Shown here piece by piece: positions 36,723 to 50,700 of a stretch of DNA of 64,000 bases. Positions within the stretch are counted from its first letter, which is position 1, and every line of letters begins with the position of its first letter. Position numbers and translations under genes: made by a program. This stretch comes from Tubulanus polymorphus (Eukaryota > Animalia > Nemertea): positions 9,890,485 through 9,954,484 of the forward strand of contig NC_134027.1 of assembly GCF_964204645.1 (NCBI RefSeq), written 5' to 3'. The notes under the pieces are model-generated. The model did no database searches and was not told where the DNA came from. It saw nothing but the letters and a program-made list of their open reading frames with translations.

Positions 36723-38530
36723 CAGCGATTTACATAGCTAAGTTATGATATGGTTTAATCTCTCTCTCTTACAAATGAGCATTCCTTTCGCGTGTTGTGG
36801 TACAAATCACATGGCCATTCGAGCTTTGATTTGTATTTTCCTTCGAAGGTCGAAGTGTTTCGCATGTCTTATTAGAGAATGTACCTAAAAATTCCCTGGT
36901 AAACATCTTTTCCCTCGGTAAGAAATCCTGCCAAGTTGAATTCGCGACAAAATTTATCGATATTCTCATGTTGATTATGAAAAACATGAAAGATATGAAT
37001 GAGTTAGTTGAATGAATTTGATCATTTCAGATCAACTGAGTCTGTAAAATTAAGAGGGGTCACTTAATTAACAACCTTTTCCTGAAAAAGGAATCTATCT
37101 TGATTTTATGTACGTATGTTTTTCTAGATATTGTTGTGAAAAGTATTCTGAGGTTTCTCCAAGAATTAGATGTTTCAGGGTTAGTAGATGAGATTAGGTC
37201 CAAGATGTGTGTTTGTAATGGTGTTATCTATGAAGATCAGCCATACATGATAAATGAAATATTGAAGTTTACTCGCTATTGAAGTGACTGTTTCGATTCC
37301 CTTGGCATACCTAAATGCAGGGAACTTTTTCCCCTCTGAGTTCCTTACACACTAACAAGTGTTCACCTGTAGGCTAGTCGCTGGTTCATCTTATGATTTT
37401 AAAACTCAAAGACTATTTTTCACGTTGCCCCTGAAGGGCTTGGGATATTACATTTTTTGTCAGAACAAAGGTTTTCGTGCCCTCTAACAATGCGATATTT
37501 CTTCTCGCGCAAATTTCAATCATTAAATGTTGCTTGTGCAACCACCGCAACTTGGTGATATTGGAAAATTAAATGGTTTCATCTTCGACGGATCTGTCGG
37601 CGTGTTTGTGTGTGTGTGCAAGTTTTCTGGCAGTATAGCGTCATCTGGCATGATAACAACTTCGCCGTCTTATTTCTCATGGCCTTGAAATGCAGGAGCC
37701 TGTTCTGCGGTTGTAGTAGTTTGATACTCATTAGAGTTTAACATTTGAAATAACAAATTCAACACATTGCTGATCCATCAAAGAAGGTCCTGCTTTTATG
37801 TACCACGAAGGACGGATGCATGGGTTTTGTTATATATTTATATACAAGGTCATTTATTGATGACGTCACACCTTGGAGTTGGTTGCGGGTACTGACGTCA
37901 ACTTACTCCCGAAAATCTATAATCGATACGAAATGATTCACTGACTACGAAGCTGTTCCACGGCGACTATCTTACTCAGTATCGAGGTTCAAATCTCTGG
38001 GTCTTTACTTTCGATCGTTTCTTCTACGATGGTCAGCGCTGTAAACCTTGACTCGATACAAAGCACGGCGCTAAGTGGTGCCCGATGTAAAAAACGCTCA
38101 GATTCATTATCGTTACCATCTTGAAAATCTTCTATGGCTGATGGCTGAGAACAAATGCATGCGTTAATACCCCGAGTGATTACTATTTATACGTAGGTAG
38201 CATCTTATAAATAGGCGCATGATCATATGCTTCGTTAGTTAATCACTGATACCGAGATGCTACTACTACATAACCATTTATTATTACCTAGCGACTGGGA
38301 GCTGTTGCTATTTTTTAGTCGGGTTATCATGCATATCCGTTGCATATGTTATCCGCCGATAAATCCCCGTTCTCTCGCTGATAGTCGAAGGCCAGTTTCT
38401 GAGATCTCTGCGAAGGATTATTTCGACTATGAATGAATGGAATTAACCACGGGGAAAGTCGAAATAGCTCAAGCTTTTCGTGTTGATCGGAATTGGACTA
38501 AACTTTCAATGAATGATCTAGTTTGTCGTA

Positions 38531-38861
38531 AGCCGCGATCACACCTAGACGATTTGGTCCGGGCTGAAGTGACAAGGTTCAGGCCCGAGTCAAATTTGGC
38601 CCGTGCCTGATTGGAGAGCGCGTTCACACCTTAACCGCTTACTCGATACTTAAGAATGTTGTAACAAAGCGAAGTGAGTCACTTCCGGAACCATAGCAAT
38701 TTACATGCAATAATTGGTCCCGTGCTAAAATTTGGCTCAGGCCTCGACCAACGTTTTTGGTCAGACCAAATTTGGCACCATTTAGCACCGGTGTGAACAG
38801 ATGTTCCAGCCCTAATTTGGCACGGGCTAAAAGTTTCTGATTGTGAACGAGGATCGTGGCT
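38531..38861 (-). mobile_element. MITE family A copy, reverse orientation
   Basis: TA-AGCCGCGATCACAC terminus and reverse-complement core. Confidence 0.8.
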
Positions 38862-41800
38862 ATAAATTAACTTCATCAGCTAAGTGAAGGCGTTAGTTAT
38901 GGCCTGTGGGGCTGCTAAAAAGATGTTTAAGCGTTGGTGAAATCTTCTTTTGAATACGAATTTCATTTCATGTCGCAGTTAATGACAATATAGACATACG
39001 TGTATGATTAATGATAAACACGCTACGATTTGATCAACGTGATTCAGAGAAGTTGCATCGATGTCTTTCCTAATAATATCGCGTGGTACAGTTTTACTGT
39101 GATATTATATTGATGTAGACTGAAATCAATTATTATATTTGTTTGTTTGTTTTGGCTTTACATGATTCAGATCTTGGTATCCCAAGACTAACCCTATTGG
39201 AACACATTCATTGAATACCGGTCGCAAATTTCCAATTGAAAAAGAAGGTCAACTCATTAAATGAGGGCGGTCACTGACCTGTAAAAACCTGGACAACTCT
39301 GGGAATCGGAAAAATCAAGGAAACGCAGTAGTCATTTGACTTGACTTGTATAGAAATATTTTGACGAATGTATTTTGCTCACGTTAACAACGAACTTAAT
39401 AGTTGTATTATTGTGTTGCCTCCTGTCCCTGGCTACGTAATAACTACGCGTATACATCTGTTGTGCCAAAACAATCCGATTCAACTGTGTTTAGAGGGTT
39501 AATAATCTATGTTTCTCAGATTTATCGCCGAGCGCTTTTCGTTCACCTCTTTGAGCTTCGGTTGTTTTCTGCACTTCAGCTGGCGCGCCATCAGCGCGGT
39601 TAGTCGATACGTACAGGAGGAGGTTCGCTGTGGAATATCTATTCACAGCATCAGAATCGATGGATTCTGCCGCGTTCTTGTATTGTAGTCGGCTACATAA
39701 CACAATAGCTACCTTTACCAATAATATTACAAATCCGGGCTGTTCGCCGTTGTTGGCAGCTCCTACCGAGCGGCTGCTGATGGATAGCTTCATGATGAAT
39801 ATTCTTTACCCATATATATATAATGTATAATGATACGTATGTAAACAGAAAATGTCAATCTAGAAATTGCCAAAAAAACATTGAAATTGATTCTGGTTCT
39901 ATATAGAGAATCGCACACTGATATACATGTAACTAGAAAGATGTATGCTGAAAAGTTTCCTTCAGAGCTAATAATTTATTAGGCTAATACATTGTCTTTT
40001 TATCATATCATCACAAGAAAGACATAGTGTTTCACCAATGGTTTGGTTTTGTTTCTTAATTGCGCCAGGAATGAGTTATCAGGCACTGCTGTATTGTGCA
40101 TTATTGAACCTGTTTCGATATGTTGCTGTTAGCAGCAATGATCTCAGAATACCGATTTGGCAATGACTCGTAGACATTATTTAGAATCAATTGGTGAAAA
40201 GATTTTCATTCGATTTAAATTATTTATTTAGATGATTTCTTCCAATAGTAAATCTAATATACCTGCTGCGTGTGATTACAAACCTATCTGCTTTCTTAGA
40301 GATGGATCTTGAAATATTAAAAAAACCTGATGGAATTGCTAGACTCAATCATAGCATGAAACCTTGTCCCACACTAGACCAAGTGCGTAGGTATATGCGC
40401 AGGTCTGCTGCACCAAAACTTGAGGCACCAATCAGATTGTTTGTTGTATAATTGCTGTGGCCAATTTCATGGATAAACTAAATATAAGAAAACCCAAACT
40501 TAGAAATAAAATGGGATTTCTGATTGGCCAATAATGACATCATCTGAGCCGCGCATTTAGCAGCGCATCAGGTCATTACACCATGGAGAGTCTCGATGCC
40601 AACAGTTTCGAATCGCCATCTACTATCAAAATAAGTTTAGAACTATATCCAGCTCTTATTCCACGATTCTTCGAAATTAGTGTTGATCGAGGCAGAAACT
40701 TCACGAACAGCAATTCATATCGAAAACAGGCCTTTATTTCATTGAGAATGCATGCACGATCGTCGTCAACGACGATGGGTCTGTTTAATTAAACAATGAT
40801 GGCGCAAATATTGGCGCGGCTCATATATTTATTCCGACCAGCTGCAGTCGTCATGATAAGTCATGGTAACTCATTTGTGTCAAAACAAGTGCCTAGGTAA
40901 TCCTGATTTACTGCCGGACTGCGGACAACCGGCACTGTGTGAAATCTTTATTTATAGACGGCTGAAATGACCACAAATGGTCTCGGAAAGTGGTCATAAG
41001 TCTCCGTACGGGACGTCGGAGAATCAGATGTTTATACCGGCGTGCAATTAATCAAATACGCATAGATATGATATATGTACGTGCATATGTCTGCTGTAAG
41101 AAAAGTTTTACGTGTTTAGCAATGACGTATGCTAGCGTATATAGTTTTCATGATTTGTGTGTATTTTGCCAGAAGAACTTTGCGTACCAGTTGGCAAACC
41201 TTTTTTACCTGATCATCAGGCGGAAGCACAGTTGGGCCATACTGATCTGGCCAGCACTGAATATAAAACTTCCTATAAAGCTTCGGCTAAGATTCGACTT
41301 GGTCATATCAAAAGGTCATGAATTTTGGGTCATACACATGGCAGAATTGGCCGCTTTTTCAGGGCATTATACTGTCACAGTTCTTCTGGTCATTGGCCAA
41401 AAAAATACCAAAAAAAACTAGAAAATTGTGAGCCAGGCAGAAGTAAGAACGTACCGGCACTGTCGTTTTTTAATGAAACCCATTCTGAATTTGAAATATG
41501 GAATAGTCTGATAACGACGCAATACCTGTATATCGTCAACTGTAATTCAGTGTCGACACGTCAGATGTCATCTTCATTTAGTCAAAAAGTTGTTTCCCAG
41601 CGTTCTGTTTGTGTGTTTTAAAGCTTTATTACCTGGAGACAGTCACAGAGATCACATCCGCTTCTCTTGATCGGCTATAGAATGTAAATAATTGTGTTTC
41701 CGTTGCCATGGTTTCAAGGTTCCTGTTAACTCGGCGGATTGCTTTGTCACTTTTTCAAAACAGATAAACAGCTCGACATTTCGACGAATTAACAAGTCAA

Positions 41801-44668
41801 TTTGTGCAGACATTGGGCCGTTCATGATTCTCAATATTTTTCATAATTCCTTTTTGAAGTTTCCGCCGCAGCACAGGTAAGAGTCCTTTTAAGATATGTA
41901 TGGAAGGCACAAAGTTTATGAAAGAGATCATACATCCAGTAGATTTTTAAACAGTAGAAGGCGCATTAGTACAATCCTTTAGTATGATGAGGACCAACTG
42001 AGAAATGTTTTCTTGGATAGAGGTGGTTGGGCTTGTATTTTCAGTACTATAGCAGTCGCGGAGAATATTATTCTTTATCATAGTTCATTTTGGTCCTATT
42101 TATGAAGAAAGGTCCAGAACAAATAGATAGAGTAACAACTCAACTAGCCGCTCGGAATACGAAAACTGGACTCTCTTTACATTACACGCAAACCATTTAT
42201 ATACGTCGGGGAACGAGACAGGTAGATACATGGACATTGATGTAATAACAAAGGTGACGAGTAGAGCTCACGATAACCAGACAAATGATGATTAACATAT
42301 ATTAAGATACAGACTTGTCTCAGAGGACAAAGAGTAATTACGGATGTAGAATATGGATGCAATATGTACGAACATTATCAATGATTTTGTTAAAATCCTA
42401 TGCCTTCAATCTAAAAAATATGATTTACCACCTCTTAGCAAGTAATCAAACAGCAGTTTTTTAAAAGAATTTAGGGTCCGGCGGGCTCAGTTTTTCCCCA
42501 AATATGGGCGAAGTGTTGCGGAGAGATGATATATTTCAGGATACAATGGCGATGGTGATCATCATTTCTATTTACTGTGGAGACATAAGTCATCATCATC
42601 ATCATCATCACCGATTCCTCCCATACGCACGCGCGTCCGTGTGTGTACAAACGTATATTCGCAATCTGACGATGCATTATAGATATCGAATTTCAATCAG
42701 TGTATGAAAAATGACTGCATTTATTGTATTCAAAATCATTCGTAGGCCGGATAATGTCGATCATCACCGCCATCGACAAAGGCCAAGTGGTTCTGATTTA
42801 CATGTCATAATTGGTCTTTCAGGGCCGGTTTTGTGAGCGCGCCGATGCTAGCTATTAAAAGCGTCGGCCGGTAGTCGACATCATCCGCGTCGAAGTCGGC
42901 AGCGATAATAGTATGAAACGACAGAATTGGGTGTGTTACTATACTATACACCGTAGCATCATAGCATGTGCTACAAATCATGGCTCTCTCCTCGGGAAAA
43001 TCACACACACAACTCGACTGTGTTACCACGGTTACGTTGATGTCGTAGGCGCCCGTGTTTGCTAATTTAACGGTTTCTAACTAGGTGATCGCGCGGTTGT
43101 CGAATAACGAGCGCTGATCGGCCGATGATGCCATGTATTTCCTAACGAATTATGAATTTTAAGAGCGTAAAAAAATGTTTGTATTTTTAAGAAAATTTAT
43201 TGAAAAAATTTGCGGGAAGTTAAGTCGGTATTTATGGATCTTTAAGCTCTCTTTATACAGATCAGTTTAGTCCGGTTAACTCCTGATGCGTGTGATAATG
43301 CTATCCAGCCACTCATTAAATCCTTGTTGATGTGATTTTAATCCAAATCGTCATAAAAAAGATGAATATCGATCAGTTTGAACCAGATTTATACTGAATG
43401 CGGGCAATATTTATCATCCACTTGTAGTTATTATGTGTCTGAATGTGATTTGAATTAAAATCGTCGTAACACGTGGACCCGTTTTATAATCGTTTATCGT
43501 AAACATGATTTTTCTTCTCGGATCCGTATGACTCCTTGACTCGTTTCGAATTATCCATCATATTCTATTTCAACCTCAAGACGGAACTGAGTAACCTTTT
43601 ATTTCTGTGCGGAGTATTCCATGAATCTTCATTGCATAGAATCACTCGAAATAAACTCAGGTGCAAAAGTCAGCAAGTACTGATTTACTAATCTTGCAGT
43701 TCTGTATACCCCGAGCCGGGAAATGAAGTTGCTATTTATCTAATTATATTTTACACTGAATGGACTAAGGGCAAGTAGTATTCATGGCAGCTGATTGAGG
43801 CCAAGTAAAAAGAAATTCTGTGCGATAAGCCATGGTAAAATATAGGCGTTTTGTTGTTGCTGCGTCTGTTTCTTGAGCAGTGCAAAAATGAAGAGATTAC
43901 TGCGCCTAATTGAACTGCTTCTTTTGGCTCTTTTCTTCGAGCTGATCTGTCAATGAACTTCGTTTCTTCGTCTATTTCTGCGTGGTGAGAAAGTGAACAT
44001 AACCGTGCAGAAATGCGAGAAAAGTTTATTTTTGAGCGCAAATTTCCGTTTGTGCGCCATGACGTATTGCACGAAATCTTTTCTTCTGACCTGATTCAGC
44101 CGCCATTCGTACTAGACCTTTTTGGGTACATTTTTTGCTCGTTCTTCAATAACATGGAATGAACTTGACGACGTCTAGAATTAAGCTTCCCTCATTGATG
44201 GTTCTTCAACTGCCTCAACTTTCGTATACTCGTTTCGTACTACTCCTATTCGCCTGCGACGACCACGATAGTAAAGTGAGTGGATAGTAATGATATTGCG
44301 GATCAGGTTTACATGGACGTTGACCTAACATCCTCTTATCAGTGTCCTGTTTGCTCTCGGTCTGATGGCTGAGCAATAGTCTGATCTCGAGTCTCTCCGT
44401 CGTTGATGGAGGCAAACACTCAATATGTACGCCACCACGTATATCATGTTGATCAGGCCGACATCTGCTACTTATTGATACATTTTCCCCGATTTGATGA
44501 TCCGTCAGTCTGAGAATGTTGAAGCTATCTTTAACCCTACAGGGGCGGATCCAGGAGGTGGCTTTTGTCTATCTGATTTTCGATTTTCAAGAATGATATG
44601 ATATCACGAAAGAAATCCCATAAATGAAAGAAAGAAATCTCATGATAATTCAGCTGAAGATACAAAAA

Positions 44669-44814
44669 TCTTGAATAGAAGTGTTTATATATTCGAGCAA
44701 CGTTTCGGCTACAGACTACTAGCCATCATCAGACATACTAAGTTTTGAGTACGCCTGATGATGGCTAATATAGTCTTTAGCGTTGCTCAAATACATAAAA
44801 ACTTCTATTTGAGA
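44669..44814. repeat. Imperfect inverted repeat with hammerhead-like cores (Penelope-like terminus relic)
   Basis: The two arms are reverse complements. The minus strand reads CTGATGA-TGGCTA-GTAGTCTG-TAGCC-GAAACGTT. Confidence 0.6.
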
Positions 44815-45380
44815 ACTTCACATCTTTAGCTGGAATCATTGTCTTGTATATTCATCTGACACCGATATCTCGTGTTATCTTCCCGACTTCCGATTGTAAA
44901 GTTATTGCGCTCCTTTTTTCTACTTTCCGTTATCTGGATCATGGGAAAAGAAGGATCTGTTGTTACCGTCGTTGGTAGTTTGAGATCTCTTACGAGGATA
45001 TCACGTATTATCGATCTTAAATTTTTCATGTTTTCAATTTTCAAATATGGGTATGGAAAATTTCTTCATTCTTTCCGGCCAGTATCGTTGATAATACGTC
45101 GTTTCGACGGGATACATAATTTCGATCGCTTCATTTTCGTATTCCCCCACCGTGGTGCTCCTGTTTTCTTACCTGCCTATGAACAATTATATCTGCTTCT
45201 TATATTATGAATGTAAACATCTACAGGCTTACAGCCTAGATGCTAACCCTCTGATGCACGGCGAGTTGCGCGGCTTCTTTTCCTGTCTCTCGGTTGTTAT
45301 ATTTATTCTGACTGCTGAATTTTTCCCCCATGGAACATATTTATATCTCGTGTTTTATGGGAACTAGTATTGGATGTCAT

Positions 45381-45384
<4 letters not shown>

Positions 45385-45455
<71 letters not shown>
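45385..45455. repeat. (TA)n microsatellite
   Basis: Directly visible. Confidence 0.95.
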
Positions 45456-45457
<2 letters not shown>

Positions 45458-47175
45458 CAGCGTACATACACGCTACAAGTTCCTCTTATACAAGCTGCAT
45501 TTCGCTGTTGAACAGTAATTTAGGTCCGGTTCCACGTCAAATCTTAAGGGGCCTCGGGTCGTCGATGGCTATACTATGTGGAACTTGTCACTATCAGTCG
45601 CTGAAAAACTCATATCGAACTGACGTGTGGATGGCGATAACTAGACATGTGATCCTTGAAAATGGCGGCATTCGTGGAGCAGTTATTTGGAATCAGGCGC
45701 CTAGAAATTTAGTTTGAAGTGAAGTTAAAACTTTTGACCAAAATGAATTAATATCGACTACATAGATATGAATACGAATACCAATGTATTTATACTCCAA
45801 CCATTTCCATGGTACATGGAAGAAATATATTACACATATGATACACATAGCTGCTAACTGTTCCTGATTTTCAGTATATGTTAATATTCTAGATACTGGT
45901 TAGATTTGTTTGATGCATACAGAAATGTGAAAGATGTAACTGAGGGAATTACTGTTGATCACTGATAGATTAATATGAAAGCATTTTCTTTCATATTTTA
46001 ATGCAATTTACTGGAAAAAAATGTCAATTGTTACTGATACACTTTTCAGAGGTTGGCAGCCCGGATATACAAATGTTTTCAAAATAACATTAAAGTGATA
46101 AAAAAGAATAAAAACATAACAAAATCATTGAAGCCAATCATTGTTCACGCCATCTGTTGGCGACTGGCGGTACTTCGTTTATATATGCGCGGTGGATATT
46201 ATTTTCCATTTTTTTAAAATTTCATTTATGAGAATTGGCTAACATGGATCTGCTCGCTGAAGTAGACACTCGGTGGATTGTGATACGAAGCGAAGTTATG
46301 TAGTTAGCTGCTGCTTCAAATAATTGACATCTTTATTTTCGAACCGTGTGTCAACACCATTAATGCAGTTTTCATATAAGGTGGCTGTGATATACATCTA
46401 ATGGCTGATGATATTTATTATGAGGTCTAATGGGTTCATTGACGGTACAGTAGCCGTGTGGAACCAGGGGGGGTGGAATGGACATGATAGGCATAGCCTT
46501 AATGGTTTCTGTCACTTTTTCAGCATTTGGCTTTCCGGTCTGGTGATCGTAGTTTTTTTTGTAACAAAAAATGTCAGTATGCTTGGGGCGGGACACGACT
46601 GGTGAGACACACGACTGGAATAGTTGATTGTTTCATGCCGCCTGATCATTTTAGAGCGAGACCTCAAAACCTTCAATTTTAACAATGATGTTGGGTTCTG
46701 AGAGTTGTAGGGATTTCGGTGGCGTTGAAAGTGCAGCTGAATTTACTGAATGACGTTCTTTTCTTTGAATATCATGCTTTTGATGAAATTGCGGTAAATT
46801 CGTTGCGGCAACGTATGGAAACCTGTCAAAAATCAGCAATTGGCCACCGCAATCAAAAATTGCTTCCAACGTGCCTGAATTTTAGCCACATTCTTGGCTA
46901 GTTAACATTGACGAAATCTCATTTTTCTGAAGTTTGATGCTTGAGGTATAGATATATTTATCATGAATGTATTTACATACATATATATGGTATAAAGGGA
47001 TCATGTCGGGTTTCCTGAAGAAAGTCTTTGTTGAGACCATGGCTTACACTGATTAATGTCACTGCGCTAGCCATCACTCAGTTACCATAGAAACGAAGAT
47101 GTATTGTTTGTGATGGGTCTCGAATGAGTGTTCTGCGTGTGTCACATCTTGCTTATTTTCATCCGTCGTCGTCGT

Positions 47176-47351
47176 TGTGAGATTTACGGGCCCAAACCCG
47201 GAGCTGTGATAGACTGCTTCACGAATACCGAACCTAACGCTGTGAATTCTATACTACAACTGACTTTATTGTTCTCATGAAAATGTTACAGTGCTAAAGA
47301 TCGACAAGGGTCGCTTCAACTGGGTCGACTTAAGGTCGACTGTCTCTGACA
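47176..47351 (-). repeat. 3' LTR of the BEL/Pao element
   Basis: 176 bp, preceded on the sense strand by the purine-rich GGCCGCGGGGAG (PPT, 47352-47363). Confidence 0.96.
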
Positions 47352-47729
47352 CTCCCCGCGGCCAATGTAAAATCTTTGATTTGCAATTTATGATTTTTAA
47401 ATATATCTTGATGTGTTGTGCAGACATCTTCTTCCCTCTCCATCGTGATAAACTATGGCTACTGGCTTTCCATTCGAGGAACCGTCGAGGTATCCCCGTT
47501 ATAATGCAGAGACGGCATGTCAATGCTTAACGGCAACTAAACTACGTGATCTACATCTGCCACCAATGATCGTAACCCCGATCGGGGAAGCTTGAGGTTG
47601 CTCACGACCGCTCAACTTCGTGACCCCAGACTATGGTTCAGGGAAAAGGACGTCTTACTGCCCTTTTCTTAAGCTCGGTCCCCGAAGGAACTGGTCTTAA
47701 GCCATAACCCTTTGTGGATTCGAACATCA

Positions 47730-50700
47730 TTAGTCTTCATCGTCTGAATCCCGGGCTTGAATCTGGTTTCGAATTTTTTCCCGCGCTTTTTCTGCAGCTC
47801 GTCGTGGTAATTTCTTCGGCCTGGTGCCAGCTTCCGTGTCCCGCGCTTTTCCTATCGCATCGTTTGGCTCGTCGAGTTTGACTCCGATTGGCGCCAATTT
47901 GGCAATTGGCCGCCTGGTGACTCCATTTTTTGTTCTTACGGTTGCCGATCGGACGAAACCATCACTGCCGATATGCGCTTGTGTGATGATACCTAGTTTC
48001 CACTTTCTCCTAGGCTCATTTTTGTCGTTGATAAGTACGACGTCTCCGTTGTTGACTCGTGTGGGTTTTTTGTGTTTACCCCTCTCATACGCGTGCTGTT
48101 GACGTAGTGTGGCTAAGTATTCATCCTGAAATCTTCGCTTGAAATTCTCGAGTATTCTGGCTCTCCTGTCAGCTACGGTTTTTAACTGATTGTCTGAAAG
48201 TGTGTAGTCCTGATCGTCGTCGCTGTCAATTGATTCGTTTGGTATAATCTGCAAATCTCGACCATAAATTAGCTTGTTCGGTGATATGGGTTCAAGATCG
48301 TGTATGTCCTCGTTGATATAAGTCATGGGTCGGTTATTGACTTCACACTGTATCTCTTTGAGTAGGGTTTGAAACTCTTCTTCGGTGACCATGGTTTTCC
48401 CGAGCACTTTTTTCATCGCTGACTTGACGGTGCCAATGCACCGTTCGTGTACCCCCGCCATCCAAGGTGCTTGCGCCGGAGGGTAGATAAATTTGATGAG
48501 TCTCTCTGTGTATAATTTCTGTGCCTTGGTGTCACAGGCGATAGTAAGTAATCGTTTTATTTCCGCTTCCCCACTGATAAACGTTTTGGCGTTGTCGGTG
48601 TACAGTATTCGTGGGGTCGATTGCGCAGCGCAAAAACGTCTGAACGCTCGCAAATACGACTCCACCGACATGTCTTTTACCACCTCCAGGTGTATCGCCC
48701 GTGTGGCACAACAGCAAAATAACGCGATGTATCTCTTCACATAAGTTACACCAGTAGACACTGTTACGTGGCCTGTGAAGTCTATTGCCGTCGCGTTGAA
48801 TGGCGTGTCATAATTCAATCGAAATCCGGGCAGTGGTGGAGTTTCTGGGGGTTGGTAGTTTCTCCCTTGTATTCTTTTGCAGGTGACGCATTGTTGCAAT
48901 AGTTTTTTGACGCGTGATCTTATTTGCGGGATCCAATATTTCTTTCTTATTTTGACAATTGTCATCCCAACGCCGTAATGAAATACATTCTCGTGTTGTT
49001 TGTTTATGATGAGTTCCGTTAGTTTCGAATAAGTGGGTATCAAGTACGGTTGTTTTTGTTGTTCAGTGACGTCTGCGTGGCCAAGTCTCCCCGCGCAGCG
49101 TATCAGGCCTGCTCTATCCAATTGGAGTCCAAGCTGATGCACGATGGCTGGTTTTTTTGTTGATTTTCCGGTGAGATACTCGACTACGTCACCATAATAC
49201 TGCTGCTGAGTCGTTCTGACCCAAAGTTCAACTGCATTATTGAGATCAGCTGTTGAGATGGCTGTGCTACTAAGATTGGTGAACGCTTTGCGAACCCGCG
49301 CCGTGGTTCTCATCAGTTTGTTGAAATCCTTGAAAGTGCTTATGTCTATAATGTGTGCAATACCAGATGTGAAATCGTTGTTGATTTCCGTGCCCGCCGT
49401 AAACATACACACGTGCGTCGCTGTTTTACTACCGACGCTCGATATAGGCCATGCTGACCTGTCTTCCTTCAGCCAATCCGGGCCATCGAACCATACTGAC
49501 TGCTGTAACTGGCTAAGAGTCGCACCGCGTGATAAGATGTCAGCAGCATTCTCTTCAGTGGTCACGTGATACCAACAATCTAGGTCTGACACCTGTTTGA
49601 TGCTGTCTACTCGGTTTTTCACGAATTGCTTGAGTTTCTTGTCCGACTGCAACCAATACAATGCAATTTCACTGTCCGTCAGGTAGAAAGTGTTGACGAC
49701 GTTAAACTCTTTCTGATATATCTCCTTCAACGAATGCCCATATGACGCTCCCAGTGCCATTGCCTGTAGCTCTAATTTCGGTACTGTGTTGCTATTTGGT
49801 GTTTTCTGCGAAACGATTCGATTTTTCGATCCAATCAACCGTACAGTATCGCCTTGTGTTGCGTACGCTACGCAGCCAAGCGCTGTTTTAGGGCAGGCAT
49901 CGCAGAAGACAACGAAATTGATGGGTACATTTCGGTCAAACCCTAACCAGCGCGGTATCCCGAATCCATGGGACTGTGAGAGATCTCTGCTTATCTCCGC
50001 CCATTCCAATTGTTCATCCGATGTTAGCTCTTCATCCCAATCTTTGTTGAGTAACCATAATTTCTGTAAGAAAGCTTTCGATTTCGATCCAAGAGGACCC
50101 ACCAGACCGAGTGGGTCATAAATCGCCGATGATTTCGATAAAACTGATCTTTTGGTTATTGAGTAGTCTCCGGCCTGAACATTCTTGTTCGCCAATGATA
50201 TACTGTCAGTCGTTGAGTTCCATTTGAGCCCCAAGAGTGACACGATCTCCGACTTGGTACCATTGTTCTCATCCTGAAAACGTTGATTTATCTTGGGTTC
50301 GTTTGAGGCCCATTGTCTCATTAGAAATGCACCGTCCTGCATTATCTCCAGTGTTTTTTGGTAGTAGTCAATGGCGAGTTCGCTGTTATCAACCGCCGTT
50401 ATCAGATTGTCAACGTACAATTTTCCCGCCAAATCTCTCGCTACTGTACAGTCGCCGTACGAATCCAAATGTTTCTTCAATGTAATTCCGAGTGCAAAGG
50501 GACTGCTTACATTGCCGAATATCACCGTATTGCAACGGTAAGGTACGATTCGTTTCGTTATATCGTTATTTTCGTACCACAGGAACTGAACAAATTTTCT
50601 GTCCTCCTCTAACAGCGAAATGGACAGGAATGCTCGAGCGATATCAGCGACTAGTCCAATCTTCCGCGATCTGAACAGTAGCAACAATTCACTCAAATCC

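Noticed and set aside
44150-44420. Possible RTE-type LINE 3' relic (YQCPVCSR)
   Set aside because: Only a short Cys motif and vague tail similarity; too weak to call.
47081-47094. RFX X-box-like GTTACCATAGAAAC
   Set aside because: A single degenerate motif match with no independent support.
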